From NCBI RefSeq assembly GCF_016432865.1, contig NC_067403.1, positions 256,804,001 through 256,868,000 on the forward strand: DNA of 64,000 bases, written 5' to 3'. The DNA is from Antechinus flavipes (taxonomy: Eukaryota). The translations under genes and the position numbers were made by a program. Of this stretch, positions 48,101 to 61,430 are shown one piece after another; position 1 is the first letter of the stretch, and the number at the start of each line of letters is the position of its first letter. Below the pieces are notes generated by a model. It saw nothing but the letters and a program-made list of their open reading frames with translations. It was not told the origin of the DNA and searched no databases.

Positions 48101-51100
48101 GCGTCCAGAAGACAGTTTCCGAACGCCGTTCCTGTGGTCAGTTAGTCAGCCCCTGGCCCCACCACTGTCCCACGCAGGTCGGCCTGGAGCTAGAAACAGA
48201 CTCGACCTGACTGGCTCGTATTCTTGGCCCAGAACCGGAGAGTCTGACGTCCTTGAAGGATCGGCTTCCGGAGCCGGGCGCCGGGCTTGTCTGTGTCGCC
48301 AGCTTGGCTGCTTGGGAAACCAAGGACCGGCAGCCCCTTCTCGGAGCTGAGGGGCTCAGTGGGGAATCCCCAGGCCCTGGATGTAAAGCGGGGAGAGAAG
48401 CCCCTTCCCTCCCGAGGCGCCAAGCCTTTCATTTAGACTTTACTGAAACGAAATAATGTGCAAATGGCAGGTCAGGAATGGCCGCAGGAAGTAGGCCGCG
48501 GCTGCGGTGTTCGGGCCTCCCGGGAGAGTCCATCTGGGTGGAGGACAACTGAGGGGAAGCTCCCTCCCCAGAGCGGTCAGTGCGTGTGCAGGTCAGCCTG
48601 AGCATTCGCCGATGCCAGGGCCGGGCTCGTCTCCCTGCGGCCGGAACTGGGGCGCTCGTGAGCCCCAGGCGGAGTCCCCACTAACGGTTGTGTCCGGAGT
48701 GGCTGGCGCAGCGTCTCACGCAACGGCCGCCGATCCCAGCTTCCCGCTGCGGGGCAGGAGGGCGTTCTGCTGCCGGACCGCCCAGTGGCGCTGGAGTTTG
48801 CCTGCTGCTTTCTGCTGGGACATGGCCGTCCTTTCCAGGGAGAGTGCTAGGGGCCGAGACCCTCCACATCCTCTCCCCTATTTAGAAAGCTTTGCTTTGC
48901 AACCGTTTTCTTTCAAATTCAACAAAATCCAGCCACCAGCACAGTTCCGATCCCTTCTTCCTTCAGATGCCAGGGCGGCCTGAACGAGTGAATGAGTCCA
49001 CAAGAATGTCCTTTTTCTCTGATCTGGAACCTCTGGGTTGTGGACACAACTTTTCTTTGCTTTCTGGAGGTCCTCGGGACGGGCCTTGCTCTCAGCAGGA
49101 GTCACCATGAGGATGGCCAGGAGCAGAGTCTAGAGTCTTTACTGGCCCAGTCTTGATCTTGGTGTGGGAGGCTCGGGAGCCGCCAGGATGGTCCAAGGGA
49201 GAATGTCTCCTTTCCAGGCCTCTCAGCCCTTATGTGCCTCAGTACAGTTACCTCGCTACAGCGCACTGAGCATGTGTGAACCCGAGAACCGCCATCTCCT
49301 CCTTCCCGGGAGCTGACACCTTGTTTCAGGCAGACGTCTCCAGAGTCCGGCCCTCCGCACACAACGTTCCTAGAGCTTTTGGTTTGGGGGCTTCTTTCAG
49401 CCGGTGGATCCCTGCTCTTTCTCCTTTGCCGTCTGGGTCTAAGAAACGTGGACATCTTGTCCGAGTTCCTGAAATAGGATGTCCAGGCCCTGACCCCCAT
49501 CCTTTTTTTTTTTTTTTTTTTTTTCAGATGGTCCGGTGATTTTCACTTTTTTCTCCTTGACCTGTTTTCTGGCTCAGTTGTTTTGCTGTGGGATTCCTCC
49601 CGTTGTCTTGAGTATTTATAGTCTCTTGACTTTGTTTTAATATTTCTTCTACCGGTATTTAAGCACCTACAGTATACAAGCATTGTGTCAAGGGCTGAGG
49701 TTTCAAACAGTGGAACAATCCCTGTCCACACGACGCTCACGTTCTAGTCGGGGAGACAACAAATCTGGAGATAAATAGAGTAAACAGAAGAAATAAAAAT
49801 GAAGGCAAATCGTTAAGTCCAAGTTTGGGATGAGGGGAGGGGTCTGGAAAGGCTGGCAGCTGATCGTCCGACCTGCGTCTTTAGTGAGAGGAGGGGAAGG
49901 GAGGAGGGAGCGCAGTCCCAGCGTGGAAGCTGGCCAGGCCACAGGCGGAGACATGGGAGGCAGGGGCCGAGTGTAAAGAGCAGAGGCGATGGACCAGTTG
50001 TGTCCACGGAGGCTGGAGAAGGTATTGGGGGCCGGGCTGCTGGGGCTCTAGATCGGATCAGGGAAGACTGGAATTGGGGAGGGCCGCCTGCCGTGGCGTG
50101 AGGTTGGGGAGAGAAGGCCCGCAGAAGCGTTGGAAGTCACGGTGTTCCCTCAGAGAGAGCACGAGTAGCAGAGAGAAGGAGGTCGATTGTGGAGTTGGAA
50201 ACCCCTGGATCTGACCGGTGATTGCAGATGAGGGGAGTAAGAACCTGCAGCCGGAAACTTGGGGCACCGAAGGGTGATGAAATAGGGAGATTTGGGGGGA
50301 AGAGAATAAGCTCACTTGTGGAATTTGAGACTTGGGACATCCCGTCTGAAATGTCCCAGTGGTGATTTGGGGCCTCAGGAGAGCGCTCCAGGGAGGGAAT
50401 GGGACCCCGTCTGTGGAGATTCAGAGGGAGGGGTTAGTCCAGAGAGGACCCGGAGAGGAGAGGCTGGCCTGGCACCTGGGAGAGAGCGGAGCGAGGGACG
50501 GGAAGGGAGGTGGGGGAGAAAGGGGCGGAGAGGATGGCGGCTGGGGGAGCCGGTTTTAGCGTTGCTGGGAGCAGCAGTGGGGAAGCAGCATGGCCGTGTG
50601 GTTGAGGTTGGAGGCTGGGAGTGACTGTGGGATGTGCACCTCCCTGCGTGTCGGGCTGGAGAGGCAAGCCCCCAGGAGGAAGGCAGGCTGGGGAGGAGCA
50701 GAACGCCAGGAGCCTGTGCCGCCTTTTGGGGAGGCCCGGGGTCTGCACCAGACAGAAGCGGGCTCCTCCCGGGCCTCTGCCGAGGGCACTCGCCTCCTCT
50801 CAGCTGTACACTTCCCGGCGAGCCCCCCCCCCCCCAGCAGCCGGGCCACAGGCTCTTTGGTCCCTGCTCCCTTTTTGAGGGTGAATGGCTGACAGTCAGG
50901 AGCTATAAGGCCTTCTGTGGGTGAGCACGTTGTGAAGGCGAGAGCGCCAGCCTGAGCTCGCTTCGGCCCAGGGAGGACGGAGCCGGTCCCGCTGTCGCCC
51001 AACCCCTTCCCCCCTGCTGTGCCAATTCAGAAAGGTGTGCTGGGGGCTCGTGCCGCCCTGATGGAGCTCAGGCCGACCCGCAACAATTAGGCTCCCACTG

Positions 51101-52189
51101 TGTGCCGGGCACTGTGCGAGCGCTGGACAGGGGAGTCGAGGGCCCCCCGCCAGGCCTCTGGTCAGCTCCTCACTGGGCACTGTCTCCCTGCCACCCTCTG
51201 GGCAGCGTTTTATCAGAGTCAGAAGAGTAGGGCATCCTCCCTCCCCGACTACGTGGAACAAAGGGCTTCCTCTGCTCTGCTGAGAACAGCCAAACGGGCC
51301 GGGCCGGGTCACAGCCACGCTGTCATTAAGTCAGGAAGGACGGGCTGTCGCCTGCCCAGCCTTGCTCACACCGCGGGGGGCTCCCTCCCTCCGAACCCCC
51401 ATCCTTGATGCCCCTTGGGCGGTTCGGCTCCCTTCTTCCCAGACTGCCCCCAGCCAGGTCAAAGGCCCAACGGCTTGACCCGAGCAAACTTTCCCGTTTC
51501 GGCTTCGGCCAACCTCGCCCGGCCCCCATTCTCTGAGCTGTCCCCGCATGGGTGCAGATTCTCCTTCCGTTCCTTTGGCTTCCTCCCTGCACTTGTGGCC
51601 GCCCGGTCAGCTCCAGTCCAGACGGCGTGTCTTGATCCGTTCTCCTGGTTGCCAGGTAGCAGCCCCCAGCCCATGTGTCACAGGTTTGCCATGTGGAGGA
51701 CGTGCTCTCCCGCTGCCATCCAAATGAAAGAAGAAATAAACCATGGTCTTTTGGAGGGGAAGGAAGGGCACCCACCTCTCTGGAGTCAGGGCACCTCATT
51801 TTGGTTGTCCTAGCAACAACAGAGGGAGCCGACCAAGGAAGGAAGTGGGTGAGACAAAGGAATGTCACTGGCCGCCGAGTGGATGATGGACAGCTGCAGA
51901 GAGCTGGGGGGCCTGGAGGGAGAGTGCTAGGGGCTAAGACCCTCCACATCCTCCCACAATCCTCCGCAATGTGCCGGTACACAATCTGTGCCAGATTGTA
52001 CGCTCTGGGGCTCTTGTAGGGAGGAAGAAGAGTGGTCTCATAAGCTTGGGACTGTGTTCTGGGCCTTGGAAGCAGGGTCCCCAAAGGCAATTCCCCCCCT
52101 CTTTGTCCTGCTTATCTCTGGACTCACTTTATCCTCCTTTTGCACATAGCACCCTTCTGAGTCTGGTTCTTGTCTCTGTGACCCGTGGA

Positions 52190-52420
52190 CTGGAGCCCAC
52201 CAGGACTGCTCACTTTACAGAGGAGGAAGCTGAGGCAAGAGTGAGTGACTTAGAGCTGGTGAGTGTCTGAGGCTGAATTTGAACTCAGGTCTCTTCTCTC
52301 TCCTCAACCTCAGTTTCCTTTTCTGTGAAATCAGGATAATTCTATCTACCTCACAGGGTCATTGTAAGTCTCAAACGAGATAAGAAATATGAAGCGCTTT
52401 GTTAACCTTAAAGTGATATA
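52190..52420. mobile_element. MIR-family fragments
   Basis: ttacagaggaggaagctgaggc and ctcagtttccttttctgtgaaat core motifs. Confidence 0.6.
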
Positions 52421-52589
52421 TGTTTATTATTATCATTGTTATTTTGTTGTTATTACTTGTATGAAATCGGCATGACCCTCCTCAGTAAAACTCAAAAGCC
52501 CCTTTCTGCTTCTGGGATCAAATATTAAATGGCTCTGCTTGACCTTGTGATATATCCAAAAGTCTCTGTGCTTATACTTTGTAGGATTT

Positions 52590-53130
52590 TTATTTTACTT
52601 TTTATTTATTTTTAACACACATTGCTTTATGAATCATGTTAGGAGAGAAAAATCAGCAAAAGGGAAAAAACATGGGAGAGAAAAAAAAAAACATAGAAAA
52701 AAGAAGTGGATCTAGCGTGTGTTGGTTTGCATTCAGTCTGCATGGTTCCTTCTCTGGACACGGACGGCATTTTCCATCCAGTTTATTGGGATTGCTTTAA
52801 ATCGCTGAACGGATGAGAAGTACCAAGTCTGTCAAAGTTGATCATAACAAAATCTCGCTGTTACCATGTACAATGTTCTCCCGGTTCTGCCTGTTTCTCT
52901 CAGCATCAGTTCACGTAAATCTCTCCAGGCCTTAATAAAATCAGCTTGCTCATCATTTTTATAGAACAAAAATATTCCATCACCTTCATGTGCCACAGCT
53001 TGTTCAGCCGTTCCCCAGTGGATGGGCATCCATTCATTTTCCAATTCTTTGCTACCACAAAAAGAGCTGCTGTGCTTTGTAGGGTTTTTAATATAAAAAT
53101 GTTGTACTTTGTCAAGGGCTTTTAAATCAC
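52590..53130 (-). mobile_element. L1 3' end
   Basis: ORFs 52832-53115 resemble the L1 ORF2 terminus (LFVVAKNWKMNGCPSTGERLNKLW). Confidence 0.75.
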
Positions 53131-53599
53131 ACTGGATAAAGATTTATCCGTTTTATTAGTCTTTCAAAAGACAGTTTTTAATTTTATTTGATGATCATTT
53201 CTCTATTTTTCTGTTTCCAATTTATCTATTTTCCTTCTAATTTTCAGTACCTTCTCTCTTATGCTTATTTTGGACTTGCTGATTCTTAAATTTTTAAAAA
53301 TGGATATTCAGTTCATGAATCTTCTCTTTTTTTTTTTAAATAGCCTTTTATTTTCAAAATATATGCACAGATAGTTTTCAACATTCACCCTTGCAAAATC
53401 TTATGTTCCAAATTTTTCTCCCTGTTTTCCCCCACCTTCTCTCCTAGACAGCAAGTAAAGTTGGTTAAACATATTTCTTTTATACATATTTCCTCCACAT
53501 TTATCATGCTGCACAAGAAAAATCAGATCAAAAAAGGGAGAAATGAATCTCTTTTTCTCTTTTGTTAATGTATAATTTTAAGGCTACGAATTTTCTCGT

Positions 53600-55560
53600 G
53601 GGAACTGCTTTAGCTACATTCCAGAAATTTGATTTATTTCATCATATAATTTTCTTTTACATAGTTATCGTTTCTATGACTTTTGTCTTTGGCCCACTCA
53701 TTATTTAAGATTTCAGCCAACATTTTGGTCTTATTTTTTGTTTGTGGGCTGAACCGATTTCTGTTTTTATCGTGTTATGGTCTTTAAAGGACAAATTATT
53801 CTCTTGTTGGTTTGTTACCCCTTCCCCTTTGAACTTTTAGTCCCTCGCTCTTGTCCATTTTCATATTGGCTGCCCTCTCTTTTTTCCTCTCAAGTCATTC
53901 AAGCAGATTCCCTACTCCTTAGTTTTTGTTTTGTTAAATTCGTCTTTGGTTTTGTGCCTTTTCCAAAAGGATTCCTCTCACTCTCTTCATTATCCATTTT
54001 TCCTTGTCTCTTCTGAGTCCTTCCCTGACTTAGCCCCTTCAATAATCCAATCCCTCTCTTTTTTCCCATGTTCTCTACACATTAGCGTTTCCAAGGGATT
54101 TATTCTGGTGCTACCCCCATGGTAAAGCACCTTCTCTCTCTTCCCCCACTCCCCAGTGATTCTTACTCTCCCTTGTTGACTTCCCCCTCCCCTACATTTG
54201 CTCAGAATTTTCCTCCCTAGGTCCATGTTCTCCTGCCTCCAGGTGCTAATTACCTCCTTGGGGTTCCAACTCCTCTCTGAACAGGTAAGATAGACTTGTG
54301 TTTCTGAATTGAATTGTTAAATTTAACTTCTGTGTGTCTTGAGATTTGCAGCCTGCTTGTTTTTCTGGAGGTAATCTGTGAATTCTTTCGTTTGAAAGTT
54401 CAAAAATTTGAGCCACTCTTCCTCTGTAATTTTCTTCATCATGGTGGGAAGGGTCTTTGTCCTGTCCTGTTGTCGGGTTATCTCTGCTCGGCCTATCTTT
54501 AAGATCGGCAGGTTTTTCTTGCATGGTGCGCATTTTTGCTTTAAACTGTCTTGCTTTACTGTCAATGCTGAAAAATTACCCATGCATACATCTTGTAAAT
54601 AAAAAGCTATAATAAAAAAAATATGACTTTGGCTGCATCCCACCAAAAAAAAAAAAACTAAACTAAAATAAACTCTCTTGCTTTTCCTTCTCTTCTTCTA
54701 GGTTGTCCTTTGTGTTTGCGTTTCTTGTTCTCTTTTGTTTCTTTGGTGAAGCTTGCCGTTAAAGAGTCCGGTTTTACATTCTGTTCATTCTTTGGCTCCG
54801 CAGGCCATAATTTCTGCTCTCGTAATTCTCATTTCTCTTTCGAACCACTTAGGAACGGTATGTTGTGGTTTCTTGCTCTCAACTCCCAGAGTCCTCTGTT
54901 GAACCATTTTTCTTTATTTTGCAGAATTTATTTCAGATGTGCCTGAACTCATTTATCTGGAGGCTGTTTCCTTGTTATTGTGTGATTATTTTTTAATTGT
55001 TATTTATTTTTAATTTATTTTTTCTGTTTGTTCATCTGCTTGTGTTCGAGTCTTTGAGTCTGCGTCTTTCTGGAACCTTTGTGACTCCCCCTCTTCCCTT
55101 GGCCCTCACCCCGGCTCATCGGGCTGATTGCTCCCCTGTGACTCCCTCTGTTCGGATTCTGGTTCCCTTGAGGGCTGCCTCTCTCAGTGTCTCAGCTTCC
55201 AGCCCTGGTCTCTGCCTGACTGTCTTGAGGGAAGTCACAACCGCCTCCGGCCTTGTCAGAGTGTCACCAGGCCCTGGCCCATGGAACCTGTCACCTGCCC
55301 GCTGCAGCATCGAGGCTTCTGGGGGCAGCCCTTGGTGGGCTTTGGTTCCTGGAGCACGGTGGCCTCGGGGGCTGCCAAGGCCCAAGGAGGGCCTGGATAC
55401 AGCCTGTGGGTGGGGGAGCCGGGAGATTGGGAAGGTCAGGGTTCCTGCGTTGGGGGTTGGGGGTTTAAAACCTTGTTTTCACTGCTGGTGTCCAAGCCTG
55501 GGAAAGAGCTGAAGCTGCTTTATCCAGGGCACATCGCTTCTGTTTGGGGAGGGGAGAAAC
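53600..55560 (-). mobile_element. Degenerate L1/HAL1 ORF1 and 5' region
   Basis: Minus-strand ERIHRLPPE resembles L1 ORF1 ERIHRSPPE; short L1 3' tail inserted near 54540-54620. Confidence 0.55.
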
Positions 55561-55940
55561 TGCCTAGAAATCGCCCTTAGGCGCCCACATGGCCCAGGGG
55601 CCTCTGCAGGATAGAGCTTGTCCCCCGCTGGCCTCTGGCAGCCTCTCCAGGCTCCTCCCATTCATGGGGAGGACCAGACCCGCCGGCCTCCACTCTGCTC
55701 CTCACCTCCCATCTCTGGGCCTTTGCCCTGGCTGTGCCTCGGGCTCTCACCTGGCTCCCTGCCAGCCCCTGCTGGCTTCCCCTGAGACCCAGCTCAAGCA
55801 GGCCCTTCTCTTACTGACCTCTCTGAGCACGTGCAGCCTCGAGCTCTGCCAGATCTTCTGCCAGGGGAGGTCACAGCAGGGAGCCCCGGCAGTGTGGGGG
55901 GCTTAAAACCATAACTAAGACAGTTAAGATTGGAAGGACA

Positions 55941-56088
55941 GGGGCAGCCAGGCGGTGCAGTGGATGGAGCCCCAGCCCTGAAGTCAGCAGGGCCTGAGTT
56001 CAAATCCGGCCTCAGACACTTAACATTTCCTGGCTGTGTGACTCTGGGCAAGTCACTTAACCTCAATTTCCTCAGCAGGAAAAACAAA
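55941..56088 (+). mobile_element. WSINE1-type SINE
   Basis: ggggcagccaggcggtgcagtggatggagc...; 11-bp TSD attggaaggac at 55929-55939 and 56089-56099. Confidence 0.9.
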
Positions 56089-56139
56089 ATTGGAAGGACG
56101 CAAATCATGGGGGGAGAAGCTTTGCTGCAGGTTTCTCTG

Positions 56140-57220
56140 ATAAAATAACCAAGTATTTATCAGACAGCTGCTGTGTGCCAGGGGCTAAGAACACCAAAGG
56201 AACCAGAGACTACACAGGCACGTATGATGATATTCAGCGTAAGTAAAAAGTGAGTAACGGGGCTTTATTCGGAGGAATTAAATGCGAGGCAGTTGGGGAT
56301 GGGGGTGGTGCAGGAAAAGCTTGATGCAGAAGCTGGTTGAAGAAGTTGAGAAGGAAGGAAGAGGAAGATATAAGGAGGGAGGGCATTGTAGGCATGGGGA
56401 ACAGCTAGGGCAAAGGCACGGAGTTGGGAAATGGAGAGCCCAGTTTGATCGCGAGGGTGGAAGTGGAGGGAAGGCCCAACACAGTTGGGAAGATAGGTTG
56501 GGACCATGGAGCTCTTATTCTAGAAGCAGTGGGGGGCCGGCCGACAGAATTGGAAAGCCTCGGGGTCAGAGGTCACTTAGGGAAAATTAGACAGCAGCTT
56601 CTGGGAAGGAATGGGGTAGTGAGAGGCGGGAGGCAGGGAAAGGGATTAGGAGGCTGGGAGAGAGGTGAAATCCGCACTGAGGCAGGAGTGCCTCATGAAG
56701 GGAGCACCGGCCATGGAAAGAGCCAGTCCATGAGACTGTTTGGTCAAAGGACAGAAGTAAGCCGTTGGTTAGTCAGTCAACATTAAGCACCTTGGCAGAA
56801 AAGGCCTCTGCATCCAGAAAAAGAACCAAGGAGATCGAATGTCCCCCAGCACACGCTTTGTTCACTGCTTTTTTGTTTTTTCCTCCCTCCCATGGTTTTT
56901 CCTTTTTGCTCTGATTTTTCTCTCCCAACAGGATTCATGAAGCAATGTGTGTTTAAAAAAGCAAATACATTTTTTTAAAAAGAGAAAAAAATTATTAAGC
57001 ACCTACTGTGTACCAGGCACTATATCAAACCCTGGGGGTGCAAAAAGAGACAAAAGACAGTTCCTGCCCTTGAGGAGCTTACAGTCTAAGGGAGGGGCAG
57101 CATGCAAACAGGGCTAAATAGGGAGTGATTAACAGAGAGAAGGCTCTAGGACTGAGGGGAACTGGGGAAAGCTTCACACCAAAGAAAGGATCTTGGCCGG
57201 GACTAAAGGCACTTCTCAGA
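56140..57220 (+). mobile_element. L2 3' fragments
   Basis: attaagcacctactgtgtaccaggcact and gcccttgaggagcttacagtcta L2 tail motifs. Confidence 0.55.
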
Positions 57221-58149
57221 AAGCCTGGCTATCCAGTGTCCGAATAACGGTGCAGGAGGGATGCTCTGCCGCTCCTTCTGGCACCCATCCCGTGGGGAAA
57301 GATGGCAGTGTTGGGGTGCTGGGAGCCGACGGGCAGGTGGGAGGATGGGAAGGTAGCAGGTGGGCAGGTGGCTCTGTGGGTTGGAAAACAATTTGTGGCG
57401 CTACCCCCAGAGTGGGCCCCGTGCCCACCTGTATGTGCCATGACTGTACTCGGAAAAACTAAAAGGAGAGGAAAGGGGTCTCCCTTGGGACCCCTCACTG
57501 GTCAGCAGCAGCTCTGGAGTCCAAGCACCCTTGGTCTCAGCGTCCCTCCTCCCTGCATCAAGCCTTCCAACTTGACCTCCAGGTGCGCTCAACCAGGTAC
57601 GGGGAGGATGATGGCTGACGGCAGGGGTGAGTTCCCAGCAGCCCCCCATGGGCTGCGACCTTTGTCCCCGTGCACCCTATTCCCGGGGTGGGGATAAGAT
57701 CACCACAGGTTATCTGGGCAAAAAACACAGGGAGGAGTCTGGGAAACTGGAAGGAAGCTCAGACTCTGGAATCGGAGGCTACTGTGGAGGAATTGGTGAT
57801 AGGCAGAAGACCCATAGTGGATCTGAGAAGGGAGGATGTGGATCAGCAGAAAGAACTGGCAAAGGGCTGCACCCCGGGGGTGCTGGGAGGCCAGCATGGG
57901 GGAGGGGCCCACTTTGGGTCAGCGGAGTGTCCCAGAGGAGAGCACGCTTGTAGGGGGGGAGGGGCTGTGGCAGATCTGAGGGGCAAATTCGGGGCCTTCG
58001 GAAAGCTTGGGGATGGCTCGAGGAAGAGGAGGATGGACAAGTTTGTCTTGGAGAATCAGAACCTTTTTAAAGGGATTAAAGAATGTTAAAAAGGGAAGGG
58101 ACCCAGGTTAGCGAAAGTGCTTCGAGCAGCTCCTTTGGGAAAGGAGAGG

Positions 58150-59800
58150 TGGCCGCCACTGGGGGGTGGCCCAGCCCGTTAGGAGGGCGCAGGCGCGTGG
58201 GGGGAGTCATTTAGAAAGGGGCAGAAGGGGCCCGGGGAGCAGGGCGGCCCTGCCGGTTTCGGGCCTACAGTCCGAGTCACGTGGGCCGGGGAGCAGTGGT
58301 CAGTGACGTTTGTCAGTCAGAGGAATCATCGGGGCGCGCGGCACGGGAGGTGCCGCCTCAGTGGTGATTTTATTAAACGCTTGTTGACTACAAGCAGCTA
58401 AAGCGCATGCGCTCTGGGATCGGAATCCCCTTCAGGGCCTAGTCAGCCTGGAGACTGAGGTTCCCTGTAGGAGACGGATTAGGAAGCTCTCGGAGGGTGC
58501 CCGGGAGCCAGCGCCGCTTCCTACATTTTCAGACGCCATCAAACGGGATTTCTGAGCGTCCAGACCCTCAGCTGGGGCTGTGCGGAACGGGCGCCGTAGT
58601 TCGCTGCCCTCCGCTTCAGCGGGCAGCCCCGGGGGCCGCTCCCAGCCGCGGGTGCTCAGGACGGAGATCCCCCCCCCCCCCCGCTCCCCACTCGCTTTCT
58701 CTGGGCTCGGAGCTAAGAAGGGAATCCAAGTTTCCAGTTGGGGGAGGGGGTCGGGATGAGAGTTATTGCCCAGTGTCTCCCGGTGGCCAGGCCCTGCTGA
58801 GCTGCCCCCTGCCGGGCAGCGGATGGGGGGGGGGCGGGGTTGGAGGATGAGCCGGGTCTCTGCCCCTCGCGGAGCCTGCGCCCTGACGCCAGAGCTGTGA
58901 TGTCACGTGACCTCACGACCCAACAGCCGGACGACGGCGCCGCAGGCCAGCGGAAGAGCCTAGCCTGCTGATCCGGAGGTGAAGAACCAGGGGCCCCCGG
59001 CGCCCAGAGGGGGAGCGACGCTGGAGGAAGGGGCCGTTCCTTAGCTCCTGCCTCCTCAGTGCCGGGAGGGCCCGGGTCCCGAAAGGCCCTGTCCTTGCCT
59101 TTGACCCCTCCCCTCGAGGAGCAGAAGTGGGGGAGGGGCGCTCGCTGCGGGGGAGTGACCCCTAAGTCAGGTGGGGCGTGGCGGAGCAGTGGGAACCGAG
59201 CCCGCGCTGCACGTGTGCAGGGCTCGTCTGCGGCTCCGTGTCCCAGCGCAGGAGACCGAACGGGGGGCCACGGGAAGTCCTCTTGAAAAGCCCCCCTTCC
59301 CTGTGACCTCGACAAGGCGAGATGAGAAAGCAGGGGCTGGGGGCTCTGTTCTGTGCTTGGGACCCAGCGGATGCTTGGGGGAGGGGGGATGTGTGTGATT
59401 GTGTCGTCTGTGTGTGTCACGTGTGTGTCTGTGTCTGTGCCTACGCGCCCGTTCCCCCCCTGCTTTCTCCCCGCCCTCTTCGGAAGGCCCATTTATGCCG
59501 GGCTGGGCAGCGGCCCACCGGAGAGGGGCCTCCTTGCAGGAAGCTTCCTCGTTGCCTTCCGGGGACTTTTCCAGCTCCCCTGGAAACGCTTTCCGCGGGC
59601 CCGGGTGGGTGGGATGGCCTGGCAGCCTTTCCGCAGCCTCGTTTCCGCCTCCCCCATTGTCAGCATTTGGGGGCAGGGAGAACTCGTGGTCAGGTTCCCC
59701 CCCTTCCTTGGCGGGCCCTGCCAGGCTCAGGAGGCTGCCGGCTCTCCCCCTCGGTCCTGGAGAGTGGGGTTCTGGGCCGGTTCGGGACCCTCCTCTCAGT
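58150..59800. promoter_or_regulatory. CpG island with promoter motifs, no assignable gene
   Basis: GTCACGTG at 58276; NRF1-type GCGCATGCGC at 58403-58412; palindromic GTCACGTGAC at 58902-58911; ETS-like GCGGAAG at 58950. Confidence 0.7.
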
Positions 59801-60774
59801 TCGTCTTCACTCTCAGGGTCGGGGCTCTAGTCCAGTGACTATTGAGTAAAATACCTGCCGCCTCCGGGAACGGAGAAAGTGAATCCTTGGTGTTGTCTAA
59901 AGACCCCAAGGAACTCCGGCCTACAGTCTTTATTCTTAACTTGGAGCTGCTCCTGACCCTTGACCCTTGTCCCTAACTTGGTGATCCAGTTGCGTGGATG
60001 CTGGTTCTGAAATGGATATTTCCAATCTTGGAAGTCCCAGTCGCTTTCCTTTGGGGGGGGAGGAGATGGGTAAGGGGGTCTTGTTCTTTGCTTATCTCCG
60101 TCGACCCCCTCAAACTTTGTCCTTCAGAAAAGTAATCTGTGGATGCCAGACTGACCCCTTTCATTTCTGAGGCCTGAGCAGGTTTGTTTTTTCTTTCGGG
60201 GCCCCCCTCCCCCCATTTTCTGGACTCGAACATCCGAGTCACCAAGTTCTGGGTGTGGGTCAGTTTGGAGACTTATCAAGGTCTTTGTACAAGGTCTGTG
60301 CCGTCTTTGAGGTCTCATTTTTTGTCTCTCCTGGTGTCTAGCAGTGCTTGACACAGGGTTAACAAGTGCCTACTACGTGCCAAGCTCTGTCCTAGCTAGT
60401 GAACCCACTAGGCGCTTATCAGTGTTGTTGACCGACTCGTTCATCCATCCACTGCAGCTGATGTCAAGGGGAAGGCTGAAGGGATCTTCCAAGGGGATTT
60501 TTTACTTGGGTTTATGTGAGCACCAAGGGCAAGGAGGCCAGGATGTCCCCGTGAACTTCTGCTGTTTGCTTCGTGGCCTTCGGTTCAAGGATGGAATCGC
60601 CTCCCTCGCCTCCTCTATCTTTCTCTCCAGAGTCTGACTTCCCTTTCCCTCTTGTTTAGTTTGTGGTAATAACGTTGATCCAGACACGGCCCCTTCTGGC
60701 GGTCAGCGTCTGAAAATTGTGTGACTGCTCTCTCTACCGTTACCACTATAACGGAGGCAGAAGGGGATACCCCA

Positions 60775-61430
60775 ATTTTTTATTAAAGTTTTTATTTTCA
60801 AAACAGATGCCTGGATAATTTTCAACACTGAGCCCTGCAAAACCTTGTGTCCCCCACTTTTTTCCTCCCTCCCACTCTCTCCCCTAGATGGCAAATAATC
60901 CAATATAGGTTAACCGTGTGCAGATCTTCCACACATATTTCCCATTTATCGTGCTACACAAGAAGGGGAAAATGAGAAAGAAAATAAAACAAGCAACACA
61001 AACAAAAAACAAAAATGCTCTGTTGTGATCCACACTCAGTCCCTCAGTCTGTCTCTGGCTCTCTCCAGCACAAGATCATTGGAATTAATCTGAATCATCT
61101 CATTGTGGAAAAGAGTCATGTCCATCAGAATCGATCATCGTTATAGTCTTCTTGTTACTATGATAATGATCTCCTTGGTCCTGCTCACTTCCCTCAGCAT
61201 CAGTTCCTGTGAGTCTCTCCGGCCTCTCTGAAACCATCCTCCTGATCATTTCTTATAGAACAATAATATTCCATAACATTCATATACCACAACTTATCCA
61301 GCCATTCTGCAGCTGATGGGCAGCCACTCAGTGTCCAGTTTCTTGCCACAAACATTTCTGCACAAGTGGGTCCCTTTCCCTCCTTTAAGAGTTCTTTGGG
61401 ATACAAGCCCAGTAGAAACACTGCTAGGTC
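60775..61430 (-). mobile_element. L1 3' end
   Basis: tttattaaagttttttatttt start; LLGLYPKE...KGPTCAEMFVARNW in ORF 61200-61559. Confidence 0.75.

Noticed and set aside
51830-51965. H/ACA snoRNA-like hairpin ending in ACA
   Set aside because: No valid ANANNA H box or clear first hairpin; not in a known host intron.
57670-58089. 139-aa ORF upstream of the orphan CpG island
   Set aside because: No recognisable domain or splice context; purine-rich composition explains the open frame.
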